Assembly: GCF_009914755.1 (NCBI RefSeq)
Contig: NC_060934.1
Length of the DNA: 64,000 nucleotides
Reading direction: 5' to 3' (one strand)
From: the human T2T-CHM13v2.0 reference genome, Homo sapiens
The notes under the pieces are model-generated. The model was not told the DNA's origin. It worked only from the letters and a program-made list of their open reading frames with translations, and searched no databases. Made by a program: the position numbers and the translations under genes. Positions 42,739-55,200 of this stretch are shown in pieces (position 1 is the stretch's first letter; each line of letters starts with the position of its first letter).

Positions 42739-42904
42739 CTGTTGAAAGGAGGGAGGTGACATGAGCAGGTTAGACAAGAGAGACCACGGGCCTGGGGTGG
42801 GGGGCACTCAAACCCCCAAGAGCTCCTGTTTGATATTCTAACCCAAAGGTACGGACCACAGAACTTCTCATCCTTGTTGTTCTGTGTTTTTGTTTTCCAT
42901 TTAA

Positions 42905-43419
<515 letters not shown>

Positions 43420-43619
43420 TTAACTGCCTTGGAACAGTCCCCTGGAAGCCTAAATAGAATGTTCTAGAAGATATGGTCATTGCTTCCTAAGGTTTTGAAT
43501 CTTTCCATCAGCAAATCATGGCCCTGCCCAGGAGCTGAGATGGAGCAGACATGGCAAGGGAGGCTGAGCTCCGCTGAGAGGGTAGAACCACTTCTGGGTG
43601 AGAGGTCAGAGGGGAGTGG

Positions 43620-44082
43620 GCGAGAGAAGTGGAGAGACACAGAGAGATAGAGAGATACAGAGAGAGAGACACACAGAGAGATAGAGAGATACAGAGGGAG
43701 AGAGACACAGAGAGAGAGAGGGACAGAGACACACACGGAGAGAGAAAGAGACAGAGATACAAAGAGAGAGAGAGACACAGAGAGAGAGAGAAGGAAAGAC
43801 AGAGAAACAGTGAGAGAAAGACACAGAGGGAGAGAGACAGAGAGACACAGAGGGAGACAGAGACACAGAGAGACAGAGAGAGAGACAGAGAGATACAGAG
43901 GGAGAGAGACACAGAGAGACAGAGGGAGACAGAGAGAGAGGGAGAGACAGAGACACAGAGAGAGACAGACACAGAGGGAGAGAGAGACAGAGAGAGATGG
44001 AAAGACAGAGAGAGACAGAGAGAGACCAAAAGACAAAGAGAGAGACAGAAGGAGAAAGAGACAGAGAGAGAGAGGGAGAGAC

Positions 44083-44122
<40 letters not shown>

Positions 44123-44345
44123 GGAAAGAGATAGAAAGCCAGAAACAGAGAGACAGAGAGAGACGAAGAGACACAGAGGGAGGAAGAGACAGAGAAAGAG
44201 AGAGAGACAGAGGGGGGGGAGAGACAGAGAGAGATATACCAAGAGACAGAGAGAGAGAGAGACAGAAAGAGAGAGAAAGAGGGAGAGGCAGAGAGAGAAA
44301 GAGTGACAGACAGAGAGAGAGGAAAGACGAAGAAGAAAAGAGGCG
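43620..44345. repeat. ~720-bp (GA)n/(GAGACA)n purine-rich low-complexity tract
   Basis: Seen directly; produces the spurious RE/SL-repeat ORFs. Confidence 0.97.
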
Positions 44346-44709
44346 GGGAGTGAAGGGAAGGGGAGCTGAGGAGGGGAAGGAAGAGAAACCAGAGGACCAG
44401 GGCAGGAAAGTGGGGGAGCAAGAGAAGAAGTGGGGAAAGATTCTTATTTCCAGTGAAGTGTTAAAAACTACCTCATGTTTTTGGAGCAAGTTCCCAAACA
44501 AATGTTCTAGACTGAACCCAGCTTCACTCACTGAAATGAGATTCACGTTAACCAACAAGCTAAATGACTCTGCTTACTTGAAGGTAGCAAAGCTTTTATA
44601 TGCTTTATTTGGCAGAATGTCATCACTGCCAAGATATTTCGTCTGTGACTCCAGAATACACTGTGACACAAACACCAAAAACAACACAATTCACACATAC
44701 ACACGTATC

Positions 44710-44785
44710 ATATGTGTGTGTGTATATATATATATATATATCTTGTGTGTATATATATATGTATGTATATATCTTGTATATATAA
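44710..44785. repeat. (TG)/(TA) compound microsatellite
   Basis: Seen directly. Confidence 0.9.
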
Positions 44786-45632
44786 AAGATCTTGTGTTTC
44801 ACAGCCAAGTGGTATTTGCAGTGGGTTCTTGGCCCAGCCCTTGATGATCTGATGTCTTGTTTTCTATGTGAAAATAATAAGCCAATAGTCATTGGTTTTC
44901 TTGAATTAATTTGCTTAAGGAGAAAAATTGCACATTCTATTTAATACCTCATTCTGTACTTATAAACATTACAACAAGCAAACTCCAAAGACAAGTAAAA
45001 TTGAACTACTGTAAAGACTCTGTATATAAATTATTTTACTCTATGTCCCTTATTCATATAGGACATTAAAAATACTTTTCACAACTAAGTTTTGTCCTTT
45101 AAAAAGGCTTGTCAAAACAACATCACTAAGGACTTGAGTATTTTGTTATATGTGTACAATAAAATTAGACCCTTTTTTGTATTTGAGACTATCAGCTGTA
45201 CTTTGTGATCCTCTTGATCTTGTGCCAAACTAAATTCAATTTCAAAGCAATCAAAGGCAAAATTTAGTGCATAATAGGAAGTCTTACTAAAATTGTGAGA
45301 GGTGTCTTCCCGAATAGAAACATTGGTGATAAAAAAATGACAACCCCAAAATATGGCACTTGGTAGCTGAGATGTTGCAGAAATGCTGTCCATCCCTCCT
45401 ATCTGTCTTCAGGAAGGGAGGGCTACCCCTGGTCCTCTGCCCACTTCCTCATGAATTTCTTGGCGAGCTGTTGCCTAAGTTTGGATCAGTTCCACTGGGC
45501 AACCAGCCTGCCCTGCTCCCAGGCCTGACGACTCACAGCAAAACCTCCCAACGCGTGCCTCCTCCATGGGTGCCCGGCGCCCCCCAGCCAAAGCCATCAA
45601 GCCTGCACAGACCTGGGTGGGAGGCTGAGCAC

Positions 45633-46173
45633 TGACAAACATGCTCTCCTTAGCCAAACTCCAGCCGGGCTCCTCAGAGCCCCTTCTCGACTAAGCCTCA
45701 GTCTTGGCCTAAAGACTCCAACAAACACTAACATAGTTTCTAATGGCTCAAGGCCACATGCCTATGCCTACGATGACCTCCTGAAAGTGCCTGCCTGAGA
45801 AAACTCAAGGCTGCCAAAAGCATTTACTGCTTGTTCCAGCCAACACCTGAAGACAAAACCCCCATCTCCCCATCTCTGTGGGAAGGTAGAAACCAAACTT
45901 CAAACTTCGATAAGCATCTTAGCAAACCCAGACGGCTCCACATAAGCCAAACCTCTCCCTACTGCTTTTTGCAATTTTCACACTTCTTTGACTCTACTGA
46001 GTCCCCACTCACCCCCACTCACTCATTCTCCTTTTAAAACAACCAGTCATGTCTGCACAAATCAGAGTTGAGTCCAGTTCATGCCAGGCTCTCTTCTCTA
46101 CTGCAATAGCTACTGCTGAATAAAATCTGCCCTGACCCCTTTGACCAGGGTCCAGCTTTGTTTACCTTTGACA
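45633..46173 (+). mobile_element. ERV1 solo LTR (MER67/MER31 family), 541 bp
   Basis: TGACAAA...TTTGACA termini; 4-bp TSD GCAC; AATAAA near the 3' end. Confidence 0.85.
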
Positions 46174-46476
46174 GCACACAGCAATCCAACTTCAGACACA
46201 TAAGAGGCTTTGCCCAGAGATTGGGCTGGGCCATGTTGGGGCAGGCACTTGGTCCTTTCTGTTCTCACTTCTGTGTCTACACAGCACATTAGCCAGTGTC
46301 CAGGTAAAGATCTACCCTCACCCCATGGCATGACTCATGTCTGTGACCAACAGAGGCCCACAAGATATGTTCTAGTGCAACACAGCCAACCCGGGAGCCC
46401 CTGGGTGGTGGCTGCAAAGGGGGGCCTACTGGCCTGCCCCACCACCACCTCTACCCAGGGAGACCAAGACCCTCAC

Positions 46477-46878
46477 CTCTCATTTCCGTGGCTGAGGAGC
46501 CATTGGACCAGGCCGTCCACTTGTTCCTGTGCCTGCTGATTTCCTGGACTCTGCAGACGTAATGCCCTTGATCGGAGGGCTGCAGTGTCAAGACGGAGAG
46601 CCTGTAGAGCGCCCCCCGCTGCTCCTCCAGCAGGCGCAGCCTCCGCCGTTTGGCGCTGCGGCTGAAATTCCCATAGTACTGCACCACCCGGAGCTTGGTC
46701 ATCTTCACCATCAAGGCCTCCTGGGAGTCGGAGGAGTGTGCAAAGAACCAGCGCACGGCCAGCAAGCTGTCCTTCCGCCTTTTCTGGGAGACGTGGCAGA
46801 GGAGAGTGGCATTCTCCCCCTCCAGGTAGTCAACCACGGGCCCCGGGGACACAGTGACATTGAGGGCCGCACAGACCT
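46477..46878 (-). CDS. VSTM4: VSTM4 exon 2 (402 nt; Ig V-set domain containing Peptide Lv)
   Basis: Acceptor ttttctctgcag|AG, donor AGAG|gtgagg. Ig V hallmarks: C46, W62, DQGHYVC (C127). N-glycosylation sequons at N25, N41, N89, N144. Confidence 0.97.
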
Positions 46879-49407
46879 CTGCAGAGAAAAAGGGGAGAAG
46901 AGAGGATGAGGAGGGCCCCAAGTCCCCCTGTGGGCAGTCCACAGTCGAGGAGCCAGGAAATGCCTCCACGCACTGGGCATCCTAGTGCTCTGCCTGGCCA
47001 GAGAAGCAGGCGGCCCCTCACCTCTCCAGAGGAGGGGTTCTTCTGGGGGTGAGCCTCTGTGGGCCCCCACTGTCTCATCTATGGGACCACCCTGTCCATG
47101 TGGGATGCTAAACAATGACCTCCTGACCCAGAAGTATTTTTCAAAATTTTGTAATTAGTTGCTGACGTTTAAAATTCAAATTTCATGTAAAAGATTTAGA
47201 TTTTTGGAATTTCTTAAAAATGTCTAGCCCACATCCAACCCCCCACCACTCCCCACACCTCACCACCTGGCCCCTGCCCCTCCCCAAGGCCTACTTTTAT
47301 CAGTTTTGTCCCTGGCCTGATGTCAGCTGTGCTGTGGGTGGGGAGCCGCCCTGGAGCAGGGCAGGGTAGGGCCCTCTCTCTGGTGGCCTGTCCACCAGGA
47401 AGCTGGGCCCCTTTCCCTGACTCCGCTATTTCAACTGTACCCAGGGCAGATGAGTAGTAAGGTCGGATGTGAGCTGGGACAACAGGGGTTGCTTGGTTTC
47501 CTATTTGTAGGATCCATCGTCTCAGAGTTGAAGAGCAAGAATAAAGAATGATTAAACCCCAGGAAGAGGAGGGATGAGAGACTCTCCCAACAACCCAAAA
47601 GACACTTTGGAATTCCAGGCCCCATCCACAACTTCCTGTCCTTTGGTTCCTTAGTTAAAACCAGCCCGAGGGCTGCCCACTCCCAGCCACTGTTCTGCCC
47701 CTGAGCTGACCTGTGATGGAGCCACCCCAGCGCCCACTCCACCACCCAGACCAGTAGACCTCAGAGAGGCCGACTGCTGAAGTCTTCTCCCAGGAGCCAC
47801 GATTCATGGTGTACCCTGGACTGCCCAGTGCGACCAGGCTGCCCGGTGCTCACAGCACAGCCCTCTGGCAGGCAGGGCCCGAGAAAAGATGCTTTGCACA
47901 GGATGCCTGGAACCTCTTTCTGCCAAGTCAGGGCTGTCTTCTCACCAGGTTCCATGTCCCCACCCCTGTACTGCCCCATGTATCACTCCAGGAAGCCATT
48001 CGCCTCCACCCCCCCACACAAGCAGGTGTCCCCATGGTCATCCCAAAGCACAGCTTTCAGTCCCAAAATGCCACCATCTGGTAACAGAAGAGGGCTTGGG
48101 CCCCAGATGTCACAGCCACCAAAACCTTTGACCCCTGGGCAGTGCTGCAGGGAAGCAAGGAGGAAAGTGGAAAAACAGATCAAGCAAGATCTGAACATTT
48201 GACAAGGAGGCTGTGGAGCAGCAAGCAGGCGGCCCTGCGGTGGGCTGGGGGAGGGATGGTAGATACAAACTATTCTTCATTGTAAAAATCCAGGCAACAG
48301 GTCTTCCTCCTATACAGTTTCCACTATTGATTTAATAACTGAACACCTCAAGACAGATGTGATTTCAGGATCATTTTTTCCTTAATTTTCTTTCTCATCT
48401 CTCAGAAGACAAGCACTAGCCCACAGGATATTCAAGGGTAATTCCATGAGCCTTGACTTCATCACACCCATAAAGTCCCTTTTGTCATACAGCGTTCCAT
48501 TCACAGGTCCCCAGGGATTAAAACACCAAAGTCTTTGATATATATGGAAGTGAGCTCAGAAGAAAAAGGGTTAAGGCTCAGCTGGACTCTCCGCTGGATG
48601 GGTATGAGGTCTTCTATGTCTACAGTGATGCGGGAGATACTTAGGGCTGCAGACTAATGTGTAGCCAAAGGAGGGACCCACTCTGGTAGCAATCCCGCTG
48701 TCATCAGAAGCCCCTCCTGCAAGGCAAATGAAGAGGAATTGGCCCCACAATTCCCCCTGCATCTCGCCCACCTGGCAGGCACCTGGCCCATGGGCCATGT
48801 TAAATTAGTCAGAAGACATTTCTTCCTCACTGCTGAAGCCCTGTGTGAAGTCCACACAGCTCCCACGGCAGGAGCTCCCTGGTGAGGAATGCAGCAGCTG
48901 GGGGACACTGGCTGACCCAGCTCCAACAGCTGCTGGGGTTGGGCAGCCAGAGAGAGCAGCAACGATGCAGCAGCTGGCTTCTAGAACTGAAGTCCAGCCC
49001 CACCCCGCCCTCAAGAGCTTCCCAGTGGAGGCCAGGAGAGCTGAGGAAGGCAGGAAATTGAAACAAGATGGGTGGGATGAGAGTGCAGCCGGGACCCCAC
49101 GCCCCAGGCTCCTCCTATTAATGCTACATGGAAGAGGGATTATTTATAGTGACTGAAACCAGAAGGATGTGCCAAGTGCTCCAGTCCCCATGGGAGGCCA
49201 GATTTCTTCCTGGAGGCAAGCTAGTAACCCTTCCACTTCTGTGGCTCAGGACAGGGTCAGGGGATCCCAGGAAAGGGAAAGGACTATTCTCTAGCCTTCC
49301 AGGATGAACCCTCTTTTTATAGGCACACCTCCCTGCCTTCATTTTGCCCCATATTCTCTTACAAATGGCACAAACTTCTGTTTCTTCTACCAAAGTGCAA
49401 AGACCTT

Positions 49408-49782
49408 TGTTATGGGTTGAATTGTGTCCTCCCAAAATTCATATGTTGAAGCGTTAGCCCCAGGACCTAAGAATGGGACTGTATTTGCAGATAGGGTCTT
49501 TAAAGGAGTAATTAAATTAAAATAAAGTCATTAAGCTGGGCCCTAATCTAGTATCAATGGTCTTTATAAGAAGAGGAGATAAGAACACAAACACCACAGA
49601 GGGAAGACCCTGTGAAGACACAGGGAGAAGGTGGCATCTCCAAGCCAAGGAGAGAGGCCTCAGGAGAAACCAACCCTGCCAGCACCTTGATTGGATTTCC
49701 AGACTCCAAAATGTGATGTTTCTGTTGTGTAAGTACCCCAGCCTATGGTACTCTGTTATGACAGCGTAAGCACACTAATCCA
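49408..49782 (+). mobile_element. MLT1B solo LTR
   Basis: tgttatgggttgaattgtgtcctcccaaaattcatatgttgaag start and typical body. Confidence 0.9.
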
Positions 49783-51508
49783 GCCCTGTTCACAGCAAGC
49801 TTCATTCCAGCCCTCTACCTGCACCTTCAGCACCAGGAGGTGGGTGGTGTGGTTAGAACTCTGATGGCCACAGGCCCCCGCCAAGTCTGAAAGCTTTGCT
49901 GGAGGACACAAGCTATTCAGGTTGTGGGGTCCCTGTGCCTGTGACAAGCCTTCTCAGCAAAGCTGGGTGCCTTGAGTAACATTCTTCTCTTCCCCAGCCC
50001 TGCCTTAAACCCAGCAAAGGTGGCACATGTATCCAGGCAACTGTGAGATGGGGCAAAGCAGGAGGGAGGAGAGGGAATGCAGTTAGGGCACCCAGGGGCT
50101 GGCAAATGTGAGCCAGTTGGGTGTTTATTTCAATACTAAGAGAGAGGTAGTCCGTTATCTTCCCCCGCAGTCATCAGGACCATAGGGCTCAGCAGAGGGA
50201 ACACCAATGGCAATCAGAGGACAGGACAAGGGGAAGCAGGTGCAGCAGTGTCCAGAGGCAGGAGACAGTGTACAGGGCCCCCGGGAGCCCAGGCTCTTCC
50301 CTCTGGATCTCAGTCTGAATGACAGTCCATGCATGCCCAGCTTGTCAGAGGGGCAGGACCTGATGGTGTCACTCGCCCCCTCCTCCACCAGGTAGATGAT
50401 GGAGCAGCCAGGCAGGGCAGATCCTCCCTCTCCTGGCCTAGGAAGGATTGCCAAAGTCACTCAGGCCCGAAGAAGAAATTAATTTCTTGTTTTGTGACCC
50501 TGTGTTGCGGAGAATTGAGGTGGGAGGGAGACGCATCGTCCCCCTCCCCGTTGTACCTCTCCACTCACAGTTCCTGCTTCCTCCAGCTTAAGCCTCATGC
50601 AGCAGGCATGTTGTGAAGAAGAAAACAACATTCCTGACCTTGTGCAGTGGACAGTCCAGTGGGTAAGGCAGCCACTCATTGGGGAAAAGACATGGGAGAA
50701 TATAACTACAGTGTCACATGCCACAGAGAAAAGTGCAGGGTTTAAGAAAATCATGGCAAGATCCTGATCTAGACTTCGGGGTCAGGGGAAGGGACTCTGG
50801 GGATGTGAGCTTGAGCTAAAGACTCACTTGCAGCTAATGAAATAAAGTTCAAGGCAGCAACAAGGAATGATTTCCAAGGAGGGAGCCCCACCTCTGCAAA
50901 TGTTGTGAGGCAAGAGGGACCCTGTACAGGCTGGAAATGGAAAGGTCAGTTCATCCTGGTGAACTGTACCCCACTGTGGCCCAACAGCCACCCTTGCCAA
51001 CACATGATCCTCAGAAGGCATTCCCTACCCCAGTCAGGTTCCCCAAGGCCACTTTTTGAAGGAGGAATATAACAAAACTGATAGGGAAGAGACTGATACA
51101 AACAGAGGGACAGGATTCCTGCTGCAGCAAATCCCAGTCTCCAACAAGCACATGCTCTGGGACTTGGTAGTCCTGGGCACCACATGGGCTAAGCACTGGA
51201 TGTTTATGGTCCCAGGCCTTCTCTGGTAGTTGCAGAGAAACGATGAGACACAGAAGCAGTGGCTTGGTGGGGCTGGGTAGAGAGCCAGGGGCTGGCATCT
51301 GACAGAACCAGGCCGGAAACCTGATTCTGTTAGGTGTGAGCCTCCTGGAGTCTCAGTTTCCTCATCCGAAAAATGGGAAAAGGATGCCTTTCACAGTAAG
51401 CATAGGCTCCAATGCAAAAGCACCCTTAAAATACAGATAGAGTTTGCATGCCCTGAGACTGGGGAGGTGGGAGCAATAGAAAGTGACATGCACACTGTCC
51501 TGTGAGTA

Positions 51509-51682
51509 CAGTGGGCTTCGTGGGCCCACGACCTGCAGGCACACAGGACCCCATGGTTGGAAGGCCTCACACCCCAACATGGTTTAATCTCTGCTGTTGC
51601 TATCTTGAAATTTTAATACATTTTAACAAGGAGGCCCACATTTTCATTTGACACTGGATCCCACAAGCGATGTAGCTGGTTA
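51509..51682 (+). mobile_element. MER91A-like (hAT-Tip100)
   Basis: tggtttaatctctgctgttgctatcttgaaatt...cccacattttcattt...gtagctgg. Confidence 0.7.
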
Positions 51683-52289
51683 TGTTTGTAGACGAATCTC
51701 AAATTCCTGTGGATAAAAGTTAAGGTGTCTAACCCCCTTGCTTATATTTGAATAATGTCATGAAAAGGACTAACACCACTCTGAAAACAGCCTAGGACAC
51801 CGTTGTAGCTGAATAGAACAACCTACTCATTGTGAAGTGGGAGATGGCCACTTCCAGGTGAGGGAGTAAGGACAACTAACAGAACAAGGCAGCAGCCTCA
51901 TCTGGGATGCAGAGGTGGGCACAGTCCCTCGGTTCTGAGCAGGCCAGGGATGTGCTCGTAGCTGTGTGCCTCCCACTTCCTCTCTGCCTGAAGAAACTGC
52001 ACCTGCTCACTTCAGGGAGACCAGAGCCTCTAAGTTTATAAGGAATGCAAACTGTCAGTACTGATCAGCAGCAGTGAGCTTTCTTATTAAAAGAATAGTC
52101 TGAATTCATACAGCTAAATCTCTGAAAGAAATAGTTATATTACTTAACAGTCTTTGGCACCAGGAGCCAGTATTTACTGAGCACTAAGCAGAGGTGATGC
52201 CAGACCTAGCCCATGGACTGATTCACTCACATTAGCCTATCACCTGAAAATAGCTCCATCCAGGATAAAAATATCACCTTGCCCAATGA

Positions 52290-52480
52290 TAGAGGCTAAT
52301 ACCTGCCAGGTACAAACTCTATGCCCTTTAGATGTATTTTCTCAATTTATCCTGATACTCTGTTTATTCCCATTTTATAGACAAGAGGACTGAGGTACAG
52401 AGAGGCTAAGCCCTTGTTCAAGCTCACATAGTAAGTGGCAGAGCTGGAATTCGAACCTAGGCCATCTTGCTTCAAAGACA
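52290..52480 (-). mobile_element. MIR
   Basis: cccattttatagacaagaggactgaggtacagagagg...gtaagtggcagagctggaattcgaacctagg. Confidence 0.85.
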
Positions 52481-53169
52481 GCTCAGCCACCTCTCAAGCC
52501 TACAGATTTGCTATCGTAAATATATTGTCTGTCAGTTTTCTTTCCTGTAAAATGAGACATGGGACCAGGTGACCACTAGGGTCCTGGTCAGTCCCAAAAT
52601 GGAGAGGCAGAAAAGTACAGCAGTTAAGAAGCTGTACTTATGTATAAAATGGGTCTGCCAGCCCCTCCCAGCAGGATCGTGGTGAGGAGTCATGAATGAG
52701 GCACTTAGAAAAGTGGGTGGCACACAGTGAGTGTCCCACAAGCAGGAGCTCTTATCATTCTCCAGGGCTGACCATGGGCACAGCCAGGGCAGACTCTAAA
52801 GGCTCCTGAATTCCAGCTCTCAAGGCTCCCGAGGACTCTGGAAATGTGAGAATGCCCTTGATCCCCAGCAAAAGACAATCTCTGGGACACCCACTCTGAC
52901 AGCTCCTGCAATTAGAAGGTGGTCATGGAGCCTGGGAGAGGAAGGACCACTGGCTGCTGGCTACTCCACAGAGACCACGAGAACTGGCCCTGCCCACCAG
53001 TCCAAGGCAAACTTCTCATCATTTTTCCAGCCGAGACAGTGACAACTGGGAAAAGGTACATTTCCCGCAGCAAGGATTTCAGGTTCACTGGGAACCTGGC
53101 TGCACTCATAGCTGGGGGACAGTGGATGGATTTCTTCCCACTGTTATCCAAGTGCCTCCTCCTCAGACT

Positions 53170-53500
53170 GGGATCTATGGATTAATGCTGGCTCAAATGC
53201 CAGCTCTACACTTGGTAGCCAGATCACTCTTGGAAAATGACTTCTGAGCATCAGTTTCCTAATTTTCAAAACAATGGCAACACAGTTTAGTGGTTATTGA
53301 CAGAGCCCAGAGCCAGGCTTCCTGGGTTCAAATCCCAGCTCCACCACTTACAAGCCTACTGAATTAAGGCAAGTCCGTTCATGGGCCTGAGCCTCAGATT
53401 CCTCATCTATAAAATAGGGATAATAATAGCACCTCCTTCAGAGGTTATTGGTGAGATTAACCAAGTTCATGTTTTTTTTTTTTTTAATACTTGGATATAT
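53170..53500 (+). mobile_element. Two adjacent MIR pieces
   Basis: ctgggttcaaatcccagctccaccactta...gcctcagattcctcatctataaaatagggataata. Confidence 0.85.
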
Positions 53501-53929
53501 AAACGTGTTGTAGTCATTATTACTTGGAAGTGTTGTAATTAAATAAGATAGGCCCAGATAGGCACCCAGGGAAAGTGACCATCGATACCTGTATTATTAC
53601 TATTATTCCAGCCAGTACGGCCCCTGCTGCCCTGAGGCAGCCAGACAGAGTTCTGGGGAATAAAGAGGGAAAATTCTTAAGACACTTACAAGTGGGAGCA
53701 GTAAAACCCGAATGAAAGCCATTAGTGTGGACCAAGAAGTTGTCCTCAAAGCAGGGTGCTGGTGGAGAGGCGTCGCTGCATCCAGCCGTGGATGCCCCTC
53801 TCACCAGGCCTGGTCACCTCAAAAGGCCCACGATCAAGTCCCCGTTCCCCACCTCCTGGCCAAGGCAGATCCAGCCGCTCCTGACTTGTCTTCGGAGTAA
53901 CTCTCCGAAGAGAGTGAAAGGGAAGTTGC

Positions 53930-54760
53930 TGCTCCGAGGAATCTGCCAAGAGCTGTGTGTCCTGACTGCCGTGGAAAAAAGGAAAGCGAACCACCAACTT
54001 GGGCTGCGCTCCTGCTGCATCTCCCCTCGGGGCCTGCCGCTGGGAAGATCTCGGCTGCTGCGAGAGTACCCAGCCCCAGGCGAGGTCGGGACGGGGACCG
54101 CGCTCACGGGAGGCGTCCTCTGAACCTTGGGGAGGCGCCGCTGCGCCCGCCAGACCCTCGGCGAGCCCACCGGAGCGCGCTGGCGACAGTGACAGCGCCG
54201 CCCCCCGCCCGCGCCCGGAGGTGGCAGGGCCTCCCCACCAGGCCCGGAGCCCCGGCCTCCCCGGCGCGGCCGCCCGGCCCCCACCCTTCCCGCTCCCGCC
54301 TGGCCCCGCCGCGCTTACCCGGAGCCGGAGCCCGCGCCAGCAGCGCGGCCGCCGCCAGTGCCAGCAGCCGCATCTCCCCGCCGCCGCCCGGCGCTGTGAC
54401 GCGGGAGAGCGCCGCCGCCTGGCCCGGCCGCCGCCAGCCCGCCCCGGGCCCGCGCTCGCGCCCGCCCCCGGCCCGCCCCTTGGGCCGCCTGCCACGCGGG
54501 GCCGGGGCTGCTGGGTCCCGAGGCCCGCACCGGGCGCGGGAGCCGCCGCGCGATCGGTTCGCTCCAGGATCTGTGGCGTCTCCTTTCAACAGCCCCATTT
54601 CCCAGATGAGAAAACTGAGTTTCTGCAAGGTGATCGCTGGTGACTCACAGAACACACAGCTGCAGTGCGACCGGCGGTCCTCTGCCCACAGATGCACTTA
54701 TTCCTAAGGGAAGGCGGGATCTGGGAGCCAGGGGGTGGGGGCGCGTCCAGGGAACCTCTG
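53930..54760. promoter_or_regulatory. VSTM4: CpG island / TATA-less GC-box promoter of VSTM4
   Basis: Very high GC and CpG density. Several Sp/KLF boxes (CCCGCCCC) at 54438-54479, just upstream of exon 1 on the minus strand. Confidence 0.9.
54319..54373 (-). CDS. VSTM4: VSTM4 coding exon 1 (55 nt; signal peptide MRLLALAAAALLARAPAP)
   Basis: ATG at 54373-54371 in context GGGGAGATGC; donor CCGG|gtaagc; phase 1; inside CpG island. Confidence 0.96.
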
Positions 54761-55039
54761 GCCTGAGACTCACCTGCTGGTCGTGGGCCTCCTGCGCTCA
54801 CTCCACAGGACCCTCGGGAGCCAACAAGCAGCTGAGGGGGGAGAAGCCCCTTCTGCTGCCCTGAAATGGAGGGCGGGGTCCGAGGTGCTAACCCTTGGAA
54901 AACTGAGAGGGTCCACACAGACCAGCCCAGAATATGTGGAAACTATTAACAAAAGTGCCCATTTACAGTGCCTCAGCCAGGCCTGGGCTAAAGTGATTTT
55001 CCAGATGCTACTGAACCCCGCCGCGGTCAGGCCTGGGAC

Positions 55040-55200
55040 AGTTCTGTAATCTCCATGTGCCTCAGTTTCCTGCACCTGTAAAATGGGGAAATGGGCCCAC
55101 CCCTTCTGGGGTGTTTAGGAAGACCAAGTTACACCATTCCCATTAACGCATTGCCCCAGCACCCGATTCACGGATGTCAGTGAACACTACTATTATTACT
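55040..55200 (+). mobile_element. MIR
   Basis: tgtgcctcagtttcctgcacctgtaaaatgggg core. Confidence 0.75.

Noticed and set aside
42770-42827. Upstream alternative acceptor giving [18 protein letters not shown]
   Set aside because: No pyrimidine tract (tagaatatcaaacag); the acceptor at 42738 is much stronger.
43464-44844. Long ORFs of 225-364 aa on both strands
   Set aside because: Products of the stop-free GA/CT simple repeat; RE/SL low-complexity translations.
46451-46476. Exon 2 read-through (GEGLGLPG*) as another soluble isoform
   Set aside because: Good donor site; nothing in the sequence supports intron retention.
53746-54741. Overlapping 150-250-aa Gly/Arg/Pro/Ala-rich ORFs
   Set aside because: Stop-codon scarcity in the CpG island; only 54319-54373 has gene-structure support.
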